From: Lingula anatina
Lineage: Eukaryota > Animalia > Brachiopoda
NCBI GenBank assembly: GCA_051362555.1
Contig: CM120649.1
Coordinates: 14,012,001 to 14,076,000 of the forward strand
DNA: 64,000 bases
Reading direction: 5' to 3'
Position 1 is the stretch's first letter. Each line of letters begins with the position of its first letter. Shown here one piece after another: positions 13,392-25,659 of the stretch. The notes beneath the pieces were generated by a model that saw only the letters and a program-made list of their open reading frames with translations, was not told the DNA's origin and ran no database searches. The translations under genes were made by a program, and so were the position numbers.

Positions 13392-16339
13392 TTCAAATTG
13401 ATGGATATTTTTCTGAGTGCCCTTCTTCAATTGTCAAAGCTTATGATGGACTGTATACAGCCATGTGGACTATGTGGATATTTATGAATTAAGTTTTGTG
13501 AAGAAATTCACTCTCTCACTCTGTTTCTCACTTCTTTCTCTCCCTCTTTCATCTGAGAATATTTGTTTTGTTTAAGATATCAATAGATCAAGCCTTATAT
13601 AAACATTTATCTTTTAAATATGCCAAAGCATAATTGCCATATCATGGATAATAAGGTGGCATAAATTCTAGGACATTATTACTAACATTTTTGAGCTTAT
13701 AACATTTACACTGCTTGTATGTTGATATCATTCGAATATATATTTCATAATAAACTTGATTGTTCACCACCATTTATTTCAGCCCAAGACATACTCCACA
13801 AACAAACTCTCCATTTCTTTCACAAAACGTTCGGGAAAACTCACCATTTCAACCACCAACATACTGGAGGCCCAGTAACCATAGCAACTGTTGCTAGGTA
13901 ACATGAATGTACAATTTTTTTGTGAAGTGATTATTTACAGTAATTTCTTTTACGTTGCCTAGATGTCAATTTTAAGTTGGTGTGCAAGTGATGACCCTTC
14001 TTTCCTATAGATTTAAGGATTTCTGCCAGTTGTAAAAAAAAAAAAAAAATTAAATAGTACCTATCATTTTGTATCATGTACTAGTTGTTGTTAAGGCATG
14101 GAATATGTATCACAGTAACACTTTTTAATGCAGATACATAACAAAATCGCATCATTCCCTGGATTTGTTTCCCCATCTCTTGGCTTGACAACTAACTTAT
14201 CCTATCTAAGACCTCTTTGGCACATTTTTAAACTAAAACCACTGCAGTGTAGATGCAGTTCCAGAGCAAACATGCCAGCTTTTACTTTCTTTTTCAAATT
14301 TTCAAACATACTTGCCTGTCACATTTGAACTTCAGTGACATAAGTTTACTGCTCTATTTACAAAAGCTAGACAAGTTTGTAAACCATGCCATATGTCTTT
14401 CTTTGGAACCAGGAGATACAGGTGACTATATCCATGATAAACTCTGTGTTTGAAGTGATGAACTTATATCTAAATATGTAGCTGAATGTCAGTCCAGTTA
14501 GGCCGTGTTCACAACAGCAGACTAACTAGTCCGCAGATCAAAAATGGCCCACCCCATCCTCTTGAATGCTTGTTGCGTAATCCCTGTGGGGAATCTATTC
14601 AGTGTCCATTAGGGGATTAGAGGACAAGCTTTTAATTGGGTAGCCAAATTTCATCCGCAGACTAGTTAGTCCACTGTTATGAATGTAGACTGCACATACG
14701 AAGGTTTGAACATGAATAAGCTGGCATGGCTCAGAACCAAGTAATTGCTGCAGCAATATTAACCTCAGCTGTGAGAGTCTTGATTGCAATTCAAGACAAA
14801 ATTGTCTTTATATTAACTCTTCAATTTTTACTCAAATATAAATATATTTATTCAACTAAATCATTGATAATCCTTGTAAGACTATCAGGAACACACTGGT
14901 GACACATTTTTTACAATGCAAATTTTTTTTTTTCACCAAAACTATTATTTTGACAATCATAGATAGAACCTAAAAAATACAAATTTTATTTTTGTATAAT
15001 TTTAAAGTAACATTTTCTAGTACATGACTGTTTAACAAACAACACATTTTTTAATGCCAGTCTGTGTCAAAGGCTTTTTAGCCTATATCAGACTAGAGTC
15101 CACTTGGGTGTAGGAATCCACTAGTCCAAAGTTAAACAATGCCCAGTTACTGAACATTTTTACAAAATTTTACTGAACCGTCCTGAATTTTACTTCCATG
15201 TGGTACTGGCCAGTGTTATTATTGTAGACTGGCTAATATGGGTCGTCACTGAAAAAAAAAAATTATTTTTTTATTTTCACCACATTGCTTTGTGTGCAGT
15301 GCTTTAATATTAGCACCGTGATAATTATTAGTAAGATGCACATTGGTGAACGGGTACATGTTTCCTTTAGAGCAACAACAAAAAGTTTGCTTTGCATAGA
15401 TGGCTATCCAATTTTAGCAGGCTAATCTTAGCTCAATAAATATAGACCTTTTGTGAGAGGTGTCCCATCTCAAACTTTGATAGCAAAGGACAGTTTGTTA
15501 ATGTCACAGTGCTTTTTTGCTTAATTTCAGTTTTAGATGCACAGGTGAATTTGGTGAAAGGCACTGAAAAAATTGTTAGCCATTAAGAAATTTTCTTATA
15601 ATAACTTTCTTCTAATTCAAAAAGTAAAATTTACAATCAAAAGTTGAAAATTTAATTTTTTTTTTTTTTTTTTTTTTGTGACTCCAGTCGTTGAGCATGG
15701 AAAAGCTACCAAACACCAATGTGAATCAGAAAGCACTCTTCTAGTTGTGTGTTGCCAAAACATTGAACTCACTTTTAAAAAACCTCTCATTCTCATAGGT
15801 ACCTACAGTATGACAAAGCACTTGAGTATTGATAATACATTGTCTTCAAGAGAGACACGTTGTGTAGTGTCTAATTGTTGACCTCAGTATTCTCATTTTG
15901 TCATCCCTGCTGATAAATATTTGTGCTAAGCAGTTGTATTTGTTATCTAATTTTTGTTTCATCTTTTTTCCATTCTTTAAGTCCATGTGGTTGTTGTTGT
16001 TGTGTGTAATATTGTGTGCTTGTTGCCTTTATAGATATTATCTAGGATTAAAGTTCTTTTGTCTGACTACCCATTAAAAAAACCTTTCTCAATAGGTGTT
16101 GTGGTTTTAAGAACAATGTCTCGTATTGTACTTGAGCTCCAAATTGTGATTATGATATTATATACAAGTAAGTACCCATATTATTGGGAAGGTACCATAA
16201 ATGTGAAACTGGTGCGATAAATTGGTGTATTTTTATTGGTCATATTTTTATCCTATCACAGATGTGTTTCACCTTATGATGCAAAGCATTCAATTTGATA
16301 CTTGATGTAAAATTTGAGCAAATATATATATATTCACAA

Positions 16340-16413
<74 letters not shown>

Positions 16414-18213
16414 GTGAATTAAATGTGGCCATACACCCACCCTAAGGTAACTGATAACCCACCTCTAATTCATATATGAGAGCTTGGTCTGACTAAACAA
16501 TGGGACTTTATGTTGGTTAAATTAATGCAATAAGGAACTTTAAAATATCAACATTCATTGGTTCTTATCCATGAAAATTATCCATGAAGAGCAACCAGAG
16601 TTAGAGAGGTGACTATGCTAGGCTAGGTCAGTTTGTGAAAAGTAAAGCTAGAAATGTTTTCTTCATAATTTGCTTGACCATGTAACAGGTGATGAAAGCT
16701 ACTGAGGCTCAGTCTTAAAGCTTATCAGCTTTGTACCGTTTGCTTGGATAATTTACTAGGTTTGTCAAGAAAAATGTTGGAACAGGCTTAAGGCTGTTTG
16801 TTATATTTCATTAATTTAACGTTGCTTTGGTAAAATTGTAACTAAAAGACTGCCTTATGCTATGATGGGGTTTCGTATGATCACTTCTTTAAAGAAAAGA
16901 TTGACAGTTCTCAGCTTTATGTACCATGTGTATTGACAGAAAGTGCAGTAACTTTTTGTAAGATTCAATTTTAAACTCAAAATGATCAACTCCAAAGCTT
17001 TAGATTTGTTCCAATTTCAAAAATCTCCTCAGTCAAATAAAGAAAAAAAAGAAAGAATTGCCAGCCATAAATATTATGATATGATAATTATAATAACCTT
17101 TTGGATAACAGTATCTTATAAAAAATAAACTTCTCCTTAAATCTATACTTAATGTTGCTGTGTTAATTAATAATATATAACAGGCATGTAGTGATAATAG
17201 AAAGTTCTAAAATATTGTGATATAATGTGTAGATCAGTTCTTAATATGACTTTTAATATTTCTTCTAGCTTGTAGCAGCTTGGGTGCCTCAATTTCTTCC
17301 AAGCTTTAGATTTCCAACTAGTAATATTTCTCCCATGAAAGTTTATTACATTATCACTGCCATTAAAGGTAAAGGGGTGATTTGTTGAAATGTATGAAAA
17401 TTTTTGAATTCCCAGTGTCAATATCATTTGACACATTCAAAACAATGAATTCAAACAAGATTTTTTTTCTTGAAATTCTGGTTGCCTTTATTGAAATCTG
17501 TTATAAACCTCTGTGAGTTATCTTTAACTGTTGGGATTACTTTCCTGAAAATTTTTTCGTACAAAAGCTGATAAAGTGTAAATAGTTTCAATATATTGTA
17601 TATTTTAGTAATAATTTGACTATCAGCCACAAAACATCTTTCAATTGTTTTGATTCGACAAATTTACCCCTTCCGCCTTTATATAAACTTTGTCAGCTTG
17701 CACATTATGTAGACATTGACAAAAGTTAAATGAAAGTTTGCATATTGTTGCACAATCTGAATATATTATGCACGATAGTAAAAGAGAAGTCAATCTACAA
17801 TATTATGTGAAAATGAACATAAAATGATATTTTTTTAAAGAGATGATTATTCCACAGTTGTCTTGTCGTCTCCTGCACTATGTATCCATATATAATCCAC
17901 AGCTCGAATGATAAGTTTTAAATAAGTTTTATTTAATTTCACATTAAATTTCATATGTGAGCACTGTACTGTGTGTGTTCTCCCATTTCAGTTCAACGTA
18001 TTATTGACTGGGTAAGTAGAACAGAGATGTATGTAGAAACTCTCACAGTGAAATGGTAGCATGGACTGTCTGTTGCTAACTGCTGCATCTTTATTGCTGC
18101 TTTTACAGAATGCTGTGTTAGTTGTGCTCTCAAAGCTGAACCGTCTGAAGCTCAGTATTAGAGTCCCCCTTTCCAAACATGCATGCACTCGCAAAATGTA
18201 AAATATGGCATAA

Positions 18214-18264
<51 letters not shown>

Positions 18265-20742
18265 ATTTCATGTCTTATAGTATATTTCTTTCACATATAC
18301 ACACCCACATACGTACACATATATACAAACATACGCATATGTCATAGTTAATAGTTACCATTTCTAGTCGGCAGTATCTCCCTCTTTCATACACACACAC
18401 ATGCACACACTCACACACACACACACACTGTACTAGCTCAGATTGTCTACTGCTTGGCTGGAAACTAGCTGATGATTTGCGTTGCATCAAGTAGGCTCAT
18501 TTTTACCATCACTGATGTCGAGACCAAAAGATACAAATGTGGTGTATCTTACATACACACGCTACGCATGAATATGAGTTACACCACATCTGGTTATTTT
18601 CTTGTCGACATCTCTGTCATGGTATGATTCAGATAAACCATTCATTAGCAAGGTGTGTCTGATGTCCATTTTTGTATTTCACGTACTCCTTGCTGAAGAG
18701 TGGTGTAAATATTTTGCATAAACCTATTGTGTGTTCAAATTGACAAGTTAATATAACCTAGTTCTGCTTGTTGAATGATTTCGCTGGTGTCATCATTGTA
18801 CTTTAATAACAACATGGTCTTCAGCTCAGCAGTAGCCTAACTGAGCACTGCATCACGTCACAAAAATAGCTCTCTGCTGAGTTGGAAACCGTATAGTTAC
18901 TTCAGCCAAATGATGACATCAGTAAAGTTAGTTCAGATTTGGTTTTAAATATCTAAATTTTTGTCAGTGTGTATACATCTGTTAGGCAAGTCTGTTGTCG
19001 TCTCTTTTTGTCTTGTCAGAATGTGATGTCAATATATGAATAGGAAATTAATATAAAATGAAATCACAATCATTTAAGTGTTCATATATTATAATCTGTT
19101 CAGTTTTGATGATTGAAATAGTCACATTCAAGTTAAATTTGATTTAGTACCATATTGTTTGCAATATTAGGCAGTCATGTGATTCACTCAATGGATTTAG
19201 ACAGTAATTAAAAGAAACTGGAGATTACGTTAGGATAGTGTGTAGAGCAAAATTGGTGTTAGTAGCATGATTTCAAAACTGTCAGAAAACATTCTTGATC
19301 ACATCATGCTGCCCTCTTTTGGTAAGAAAAGAAATCAAAATTGACCTTGGCGACTTTTACTAATGTACTTTTTTATAATTTTTATTAATTAAAAAATATA
19401 AAACAATATATATTATATTAAAAAAATATAAAAACATATCTGTAACTTCTACAGTATCTAGCGTAATTCCTTTGCTTTGTTTAAATCTTCATAACAAAAT
19501 CGATGATGATGTTAAGATGATATTATTAGCCAATTTAATGCCTAAAACACTAATATAGCAATTATCAAATGTGACCTGATATAAACTATCATTTCAAAAT
19601 ATCTTATATCACATACAGCGAATTACAAGATACTGAACGCATTACTTGTTAAACATAAAAAATGTAAAAACATCTGTAACTGTTCTTCATAAAATATAAA
19701 TATATATGCACAGAAAGTTAATATGTATAAGGTAAAAAAGAAAGAGAGAAGGAAAGTAGAAAAAAGAAAACAAACATCCCTTAACTTACACATTTGAAGG
19801 TGGATGAACGTGTAGGGAGATATGAAGACATATGCATGTGTATAAGTCATTACAGTGATGAAATATTTTAATTACCAGCTTTGGTTTTATTCTTAGACTA
19901 TAATAAATATGAAACTATTTTGATAAGGAATTTGTAATAAATAGTGTGAATATTATAATACAGCTCTTTCTTGTCTACTTTTCTTAACTTATCAACTGGG
20001 AAGTTCCATCTACCCCTCCCAAGGCGAATTGCTCTGTAAACTGGTACCATGGAATATGTGTCTCTACTTTGTTGCTTTATATTTTCCATGGACCTAGGAT
20101 ACTGCTTTTATTACTACCATGACTAGTGGCATCATCTTTGTCATTGCTATTATTTCATGTGGATCTAGAGAGGGCAGTGGAAAATGCAATTACCACCCTT
20201 AAGTATTACTGGAACATCCCTTTGGACATGCTGCTTGAAGCTGGGAGACAAGTCACGCTTTTCATCACCTGTGACTCTCTTCTCCTGCCAACCCCCACAA
20301 AATAATCTCCTGAATATATCACTGATCATAAAAACTACCATTAATTATATATTATTTAAGGAAGTTTAAGCTCTGTAGATGCTTTCAACTAGGGAGGAGG
20401 CAGTGCTTCGGACCTGGTCTTTCCACTCTTTCAGCACACCAACTGAGATCTGACGCTTCCAATGTTGATATGGCTCAGCTATCAGATATACCTTTCAAGG
20501 TGGCATTTTTCTCTTTATCATTGTCAAGTTATAGAATGATTAAGTCATTGTATTTGATTATTATTTTTTATTTGTATTTTTGTTTGCTTTGTTAGGTACG
20601 CGCCCTATCAGGATCAGACACCAGTTATTTCATAGACCAGGATGTAGAGAACATTCCGCTGAACAATCCACAGGGGCCAGTGCAGCCAGTGAAGTTTACA
20701 CCAAGACCTGGAAGTCTGAAGAACAGCGGTGAATCCATTTAG
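49..20742 (+). CDS. ATP11: P4-type phospholipid-transporting ATPase (flippase), ATP11 class; 3' part only, the gene begins upstream of the window
   Basis: Phase-consistent GT-AG exons: 49-152 (LLCKGAES), 311-424 (LGLRTLV), 700-822 ([18 protein letters not shown]), 1047-1195 ([12 protein letters not shown]), 1375-1564 (LVIDG...[10 protein letters not shown]), 1857-1959 ([18 protein letters not shown]), 2235-2380 (GKEGRQA...YFFYK), 2817-2876, 3225-3352 ([10 protein letters not shown]), 3742-3800, 4266-4345, 5136-5201, 5461-5564, 8662-8839, and a likely terminal exon 20596-20742. These are canonical P4-ATPase motifs. The ATP11 subfamily call is from recognition, not a search. The C-terminal exons are less certain. 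Confidence 0.93.
4862..5075. repeat. ~30-bp minisatellite (about 7 copies) in an ATP11 intron
   Basis: Repeated unit like TTAGTTGTGACATCACAAAACCATRTTGTG. Most units contain the inverted repeat TGTGA-CA-TCACA. Confidence 0.85.
5741..8428 (+). mobile_element. Non-autonomous Helentron-type (HINE/DINE-1-like) element with an internal 161-bp tandem array; composite copy
   Basis: 5' hairpin ATGTACAGACAC-AGAT-GTGTCTGTACAT after a T-run, then a (GTC/GCC)n microsatellite. CCGATAACACGATAAG recurs at 5823, 5984, 6145 and 6306 (period 161). The 3' sub-terminal inverted copy TGTCTGTACAT is followed by the hairpin CAGC-TTT-GCTG and CTTGTT. Extra 5'-end boxes lie at ~7456 and ~8271. Confidence 0.8.
8914..8972. 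repeat. (GT)n microsatellite
   Basis: Directly visible GT run. Confidence 0.95.
11683..11761. repeat. (TA)n microsatellite (others at ~16350-16387, ~18218-18262, ~29714-29753)
   Basis: Directly visible TA runs. Confidence 0.95.
11772..11814 (+). mobile_element. 3' terminus of a different Helentron/HINE family nested in the 9713-12372 element
   Basis: GGCAGAGGTCT-GCACTC-TCG-GAGTGC-TTTT-CTAGTT: a short hairpin followed by CTAG-TT, the typical Helentron/HINE 3' end. Confidence 0.55.
14501..14690. mobile_element. Palindromic MITE-like element (Tourist-like)
   Basis: Left arm TTCACAACAGCAGACTAACTAGTCCGCAGATCAAA matches the reverse complement of the right arm, TTCATAACAGTGGACTAACTAGTCTGCGGATGAAA. 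Starts with GGCC after TTA. Confidence 0.65.
18503..18624. repeat. ~120-bp imperfect palindrome (MITE relic or hairpin RNA)
   Basis: TACCAT..GATGTCGA..AAAA..ATGTGGTGTA pairs with TACACCACAT..TTTT..TCGACATC..ATGGTA. Confidence 0.55.
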
Positions 20743-23700
20743 TCATTATTTAATGTACACCACTGAATTTTCACCTAGCCAGTAAGTTCCTTGAAAGACA
20801 TGCAAGCCTGAAGAGCACCTGGTTTGCTGATGGATGTAGTTTTTATATACCTCCCACGAGAAGACATAAATTGTTAGACATCAAGCTTTGACTGAGCTGT
20901 TATAAAGTAATACAAATCCCTTATAGTAGCCATTAATATTTAAACACAGCAGACATAGACCAAAGCAAAAGTCACTGCACTGCATGAGCATTGGTCTCCT
21001 CTTTGGTCATCCAAAAGTGGCTGGTTCATAGCATGAGAAATTGAATTTTGACTTAGAAGAGTTGCTCAATAAATGTGTCACGTTAGCAGCAAAACTAGTT
21101 CAACATGGAGACAGTCAGGACAATTTGCTCAGAGTGAGAAAGAGACAGATATACTGTTGAACTCTGTTGTATTCTAGTCACTTTGAAGACTCCTGTGTGG
21201 CGTCAGTGACACTGGAATTTTATGGGATGATAATACATTTAGTTGAATAGGTCCAAACAGAGTTATTAGTGAGTGTTACATATCCATTGAACCAAATATT
21301 TAAGGTACTAGTTAAGGGATCAGCAAAGTACTAGTAGACCAATGCAAGTAATATACTTGGCCAAACTGTTTTTGTTGTAAGAATTTGAAAAATGATGATT
21401 TATGAATCTACACTGCAGATAGCCAAGTAGTTATATGTGTGAAGCAAAACACACCAAGTAGATATAAAGTTAAAATAAATAATTCTGACATGTGAGCATA
21501 GCCAGTCAAAATGCAAGTTTTGATTTTTTTTTCAGTTATATTTTTTAAAGCCACAACAGATGAATTTTAATATCCAGTCCTCTATGAACTTTTCAGCCAT
21601 GATATGCTTAACATTGTCAAGGTTAAGGTTACATAATGATATCTGTACAAATATTTTATAAACTTTAGTATCATTGATGTAATAATACCCAAAGAAATAA
21701 CAGGTACAGTTTGACTGCGAGATTTGTAATGAATATAGTTTTGATAGAAGGTTAATTTATTTAGAAATGAACAACTAGTTTTTAGATAGCTGTGTATGTT
21801 GAGCAAATGACTTATAAAACTTACACATTCCATGATCCTTAGCAACACCATGTTCTTCATCTTATGCAACAATTATGTCTGGGACATATAAAGACAAACA
21901 TTGTGAGACGAGTATTTTCATATTACCACCTAGTTATTTTCATGAGTAAATGTAGTTTTTTATAACTGTTCCACTTAAATCTATTGCTTTTCTTGCAGCT
22001 GGATGTCATTTTTTTCTTGAATTATTGTCACAAATGTGGTTGCTCTTCCTAAGAAAGTTGAATTGTTCTGGTTCAGGACCAAGATGATGACTTCCAGTAA
22101 TTTTTTTTTTTCTTATTGGCAAAAATCAGAATACTTTCCCAAAGTGTGCTGCTTTCTAATGAGAATCCTTCCCTTCATACACTGCTGACTTAATGCTGCT
22201 GATTTTATTGCTTTATTCAGTTCTGAGCAATCATCAGTACCAAATGCTACAATTGTTCATTTATCTATGCTGCCAATTGTTTTAAGGTATTATTAATTGT
22301 ATTGTTGATAACATGGTACATTTGCATTTTGTACACTGGATTAACAGCACTGGACAGATATGGCTTTTGATTACTAGGATTTGGAGTCATGTTCCAAGTC
22401 ATTATTTGGAGTCACTTTCCAAGTCATTGCTCTATTAGGAACACTGAACATCAACCTCTTAAAGTGTGACATAAACACAGAGTGCTAGGTTTTTGGCCCT
22501 TTCTGAATTATTTAAGTTAGAATATATGATGACAGTTTGGAATAGAGAATCATTTAACAATTGGAGGAACCCAGCTCAGTTGCTCTTCATAATTTTAATC
22601 CAGATAAATGGTTTTTTGTGCAGTTAACAAGTTGATTTCATGATTTACAAGGTTTAATGTGAAACATTGCATCCATGTTAAACATGGATTTGTACCTCTT
22701 TACCTATTGTAAATATGATAATTCTGCTCTATTTTAATAGATTAAAATTAAAATCTAGAGATTAAAATCTCTCATACTTAATTTGTGCACTTCTTGTCTT
22801 ACAAGTGTGATTGTTACGCTAAGGGGAGGCCAGACCATATTTTTCATCAGCGAAAATTTTAAACTTTGAATGTTTTTGTGATATAGCCTGACCAACAAAT
22901 CAAATGCAAAGCAGAATTGTGAGTTTTTTTGATAAAATTTTATGGGACATGTGCCCCTGTTATGAAAGTGACTGTATTGGTAAAGCCAATTGTTCTTTTT
23001 GTAAACAATATTTCAAACATTTTTTTCAGCATAAGTTACGTGAATTACTTGGATACTTATTTTGGAGAAGATTATTGTATTAGAACTTTAAAAAAATTGG
23101 TAGAACTTAGTAAAATTGTTAGTCTTTTCTGTTGAGCATTATTTCTAACTAAATACAGCATTCAGGGAAGACAGTTGTATTTTATGTCAATTAATTATTT
23201 AGTTTTCAGTTCTGTTTTAATTAGTTGTCAGTTCAAGAATATACATTTGTTATGCAAATGCTGGATAGATCCAAATTCTTTGTTTAAGATTAACATTATA
23301 TCTAAATAATTTTGTTTGTATACTAAAACAAAGCTTTGGTAGAGATAGAAGCATAGTAGAAATTTCTTACAGTAAACTAGACAAAATTATTTGATTAAGT
23401 ATTTAGGAAAATGATCTGTATGTGTGAGTGCACCATGACACTTGATTTTATTTATTTCTGGTATTTAGACATTGTAAACATCTTTGAGCACAGTGATATC
23501 AATTTTAGAAAAATATGTAAAAACTTAATAAATAAGCTGCTGATCACATTTTAGAAATCATGTCATTGAACCAGTGCAACAGCAAGGATATGTTGATTGA
23601 AATATGTTATTAATTGTATAAAGGCTTTATTTTTAGTATATATAAACAAAGCTTAAAGTCTAAGATCCATGTATATATTTTACTTAATATTACGATTTTT

Positions 23701-25659
23701 TTTTCTAAATATTTAGTATAAGACTGTGTGTCACAGTTGGATTTTTTTTTTTTTTTCATTTGTTTGCAGTGTATTGTTATATTCTTATTAATTTTCAGAA
23801 CATTTTGATTATAAAAGGAGAAGGTTGATTTGAATAAGGGACCATTCATGGGATTTTGATATAAACGTAAATATTAACAAATAAGATCAGCAATTTTCTA
23901 GTGTTAAAAAATATGGACCATCACTGTATTTACTTTAAGCCAAGTTTGCAATTACAGTCATTTTAACTTTTCTTAAAAATTCAAAAAATAAATATATATT
24001 TTAGGAGCACAAGTAGTCCTTTTAGCATTAGAATAAATGACAAACATTTCTTTTAAAATATACTGAGGTATCTCCAAAAACAAAAAGGAAGAAAATTAAT
24101 ATCATCATAAATCCCATGAATTCTCTTGTACATTTCCATTTACACTATTGCTATTTTCACAATTTTTATTTAAATGTTTGTTTTATGAATTTCAATTTAT
24201 TCTGTGAATAAGATCCAAGTCTTATTATTATTTTTTATTTTTTGTTTTTTATTTTTTATTTATTTATTTTTTTGCTTTGTTTCTAAATTGAGCCATAATC
24301 AGAAGTATGAAACTATTCATAACTATTAGAATTGACATTAGTTAAGACATGCAAAAGGTAGTCAGATTTATGAAAGAAGTATAAAAATTGGAAAAAAGAG
24401 TAGTAAAATGTCAAGTTAAAAAAGATACAAAAATTATGTAGATCACAAACAGTTATCTTCATTGTACAGGTCACGGCTTTTCATCACAGATGGCAGATTT
24501 AAAGGATTTTCAATAAAATTATTTTCAAATTAGTTAAAATTAGCCTCTTTTCTCATATTCTGTTCACCTAGGACATTTAAATTTTATTAATAAGGCAAAA
24601 TTTTTGATACAGGAGACTGAATAACTATTCACCTCACTACTTATCATTACCTCATAACGAATAATGCTTAGTTTATATTGAACATCTTGTTGAAAGTTGT
24701 TTTTTTTTTTTTTTTTTTTTTTTTTTCTGGAACTGCAGCTTCAGATTAAAACTTCAGTGTTGGCGCAGAAACCAATTGACGTATACGGATATGATGATTG
24801 TGCGAGATGTTATGACGTAAATGTGTGAAGAGAGTTCAGTTGGTCATTTTTAGCTTGCAGCCATCTGCAACCGAAACGTGAGCGAAACAAGTGTATTTTC
24901 CAACAGTATGGTTTAATAAGAATTGTATTTTGGTATTTTGAGAAGAGATTTCTTAAAGAAACGCCAAATATGAAGACAGTGACATCGCTTATATCAATGT
25001 ATAGGCAAAATTGTTTTTCAATTAAAATTGCGACCGACGTCGCGAAAAAAACATGACTGAAAAGGCTCTATGCGCGGCTATAATCGTCATTTGCCCTGTT
25101 TTATTTCTTTGATGTGCTCATTCCGCATTGTTGTTCGGTGTGTGCTACAAGTATAACAATGTATTAAGTATCCGAAATTCACCTCACAACACCAGTAAGT
25201 ACCAGTAGATCACACCTACCAACTAATAAGTTGTAACGCATCACGATCGTTGTGCGAAGTCTCATAATTTTATTCTTTATATGATTTAACTTCGAGTTCC
25301 GGTTGTCATAATTTCCACATAACATAAAACTAGTCCACCTATTACACTGGGATACCCACTAATGCCGTGACAAGCAGTGCTATGAAAATTGTTTCCATCT
25401 AAAATTCCACTGGCAAGGTTCTATTGAAAACTACTGTAAAAGCACCTTCATTAACTCATTAATTTAACTCAACATACATTCAGGCAGAACTCGTTTTAAC
25501 AGGAAGACCTAAAAAGTTACGATATCTTAAAATCGTAAATACATCTGAGGAAAAAATACATTTCTAGGAAAACATTCTAAAGACCACCTTTGATAGGTTG
25601 CTGCAGCTTACTGTTACTGTTTATTGTTTTTACAAATTCATTTCAGGGTGATATTAAAG

